Of a stretch of DNA of 6,692 nt, positions 6,145 through 6,692 are shown one piece after another. Position numbers and translations under genes: made by a program. The notes beneath the pieces are model-generated. The model had not been told where the DNA came from, ran no database searches, and saw nothing but the letters and a program-made list of their open reading frames with translations. The stretch comes from Paramicrosporidium saccamoebae KSL3 (taxonomy: Eukaryota; Fungi; Cryptomycota): the NCBI GenBank assembly GCA_002794465.1, contig MTSL01000153.1, positions 5,461-12,152 of the forward strand. Direction: 5' to 3'. The stretch's first letter is position 1. Each line of letters opens with the position of its first letter.

Positions 6145-6692
6145 CTATCCCCCAATAATGACTGGCCAGCGCCTACCCGAGTACATGTTCAGTGCACGTT
6201 CAACGCAGTCTCGTCGAGTTTCCTGGTCAAATTTTCCGTCCTTCCAAAGGAAGCGCACCAAACTGACCAGCTTCACGTTGCAGAATTCCCTGAAGAATTT
6301 CCACAACATGGCGTTCTCGACGAACTACTCCCTGCGATCTCGGTAGAGTCAACAAGGAGCAGTAGAATGGCACGCTTGGCAAAATCCCTGCTATTTCTAA
6401 CAGTGATGCCGCGAGAACACTCGGCTTCAAACTCGACGCGTCTCAGCCGTTGACTTTGAGGTGGATGACTCGAGGCCACAGACTGCAGGGTCGACAGGGG
6501 CAGGTGGTGGACATGCGCCGTGTCGATTCCTCCATAGCGGTGAATGGCAATCTATGAAAGTGAATATAACTGACAAGCGACATACCGACAAGAGACGTGG
6601 AAAGGTCGTTGTCTCGTCCCATGTGCCGTCTGGGCACATGTCAGCGCACTGCCGTGCAAGCTTCCGCTTCCGGTGGTACCTCCAGCCGTACC
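6145..6692 (-). CDS. Probable 3' part of a spliced gene of unknown function, truncated by the window edge; exon structure only partly resolved
   Basis: GC-richer segment. An open frame from the edge (YGWRYHRKRKLARQCADMCPDGTWDETTTFPRLLS) joins across a 34-nt intron to IAIHRYGGIDTAHV...RVEFEAECSRGI... A protein-like terminal frame at 6324-6145 (FVENAMLWKFFREF...RRWPVIIGG*) ends where GC drops. The junction into this last frame is not resolved. Confidence 0.4.
6552..6585 (-). other. 34-nt GT-AG intron
   Basis: Minus strand GTATGT...TATTCACTTTCATAG: consensus donor, pyrimidine-rich 3' end, about 35% GC within GC-richer flanks. Confidence 0.6.

Noticed and set aside
6620-6640. 8-bp hairpin catgtgcc/ggcacatg (also 6-bp hairpins at 3403-3420 and about 3291-3308)
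   Set aside because: Short enough to occur by chance, with no U-tract or other context.
1-6692. CRISPR array, tRNA/rRNA, transposase or integrase
   Set aside because: No regularly spaced repeats, cloverleaf or rRNA signatures, and no DDE/tyrosine-recombinase motifs seen.

Overview
Most likely eukaryotic DNA from an organism with very short (33-34 nt) GT-AG introns. No convincing Shine-Dalgarno sites, RNA genes, CRISPR arrays or transposases were seen. The window is a small, rearranged cluster of two uncharacterised gene families. Family A (about 310 aa, no recognisable motif) occurs as A1 at 73-1002, A2 at 3707-4678 (interrupted by a 33-nt GT-AG intron that A1 lacks) and an inverted decayed N-terminal fragment at about 5760-5964. 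Family B (184-187 aa, with an invariant R-N-R-[IL]-A-H motif typical of HEPN ribonucleases) occurs as B1 1212-1775, B2 2201-2755, B3 5182-5736 (GTG in place of ATG) and an inverted decayed fragment at about 2814-2958. An ~870-nt segment (1900-2767 / 4879-5748) is duplicated. It carries a 67-nt identical non-coding block with a CArG-type palindrome and a possible divergent minus-strand micro-ORF. A perfect 21-bp inverted repeat lies at 6048-6113, and a probable spliced minus-strand gene enters from the right edge. The arrangement suggests (inference only) a rapidly evolving partner/HEPN-nuclease locus such as a toxin-antidote or defence/allorecognition system. All identities were counted by eye and are approximate.
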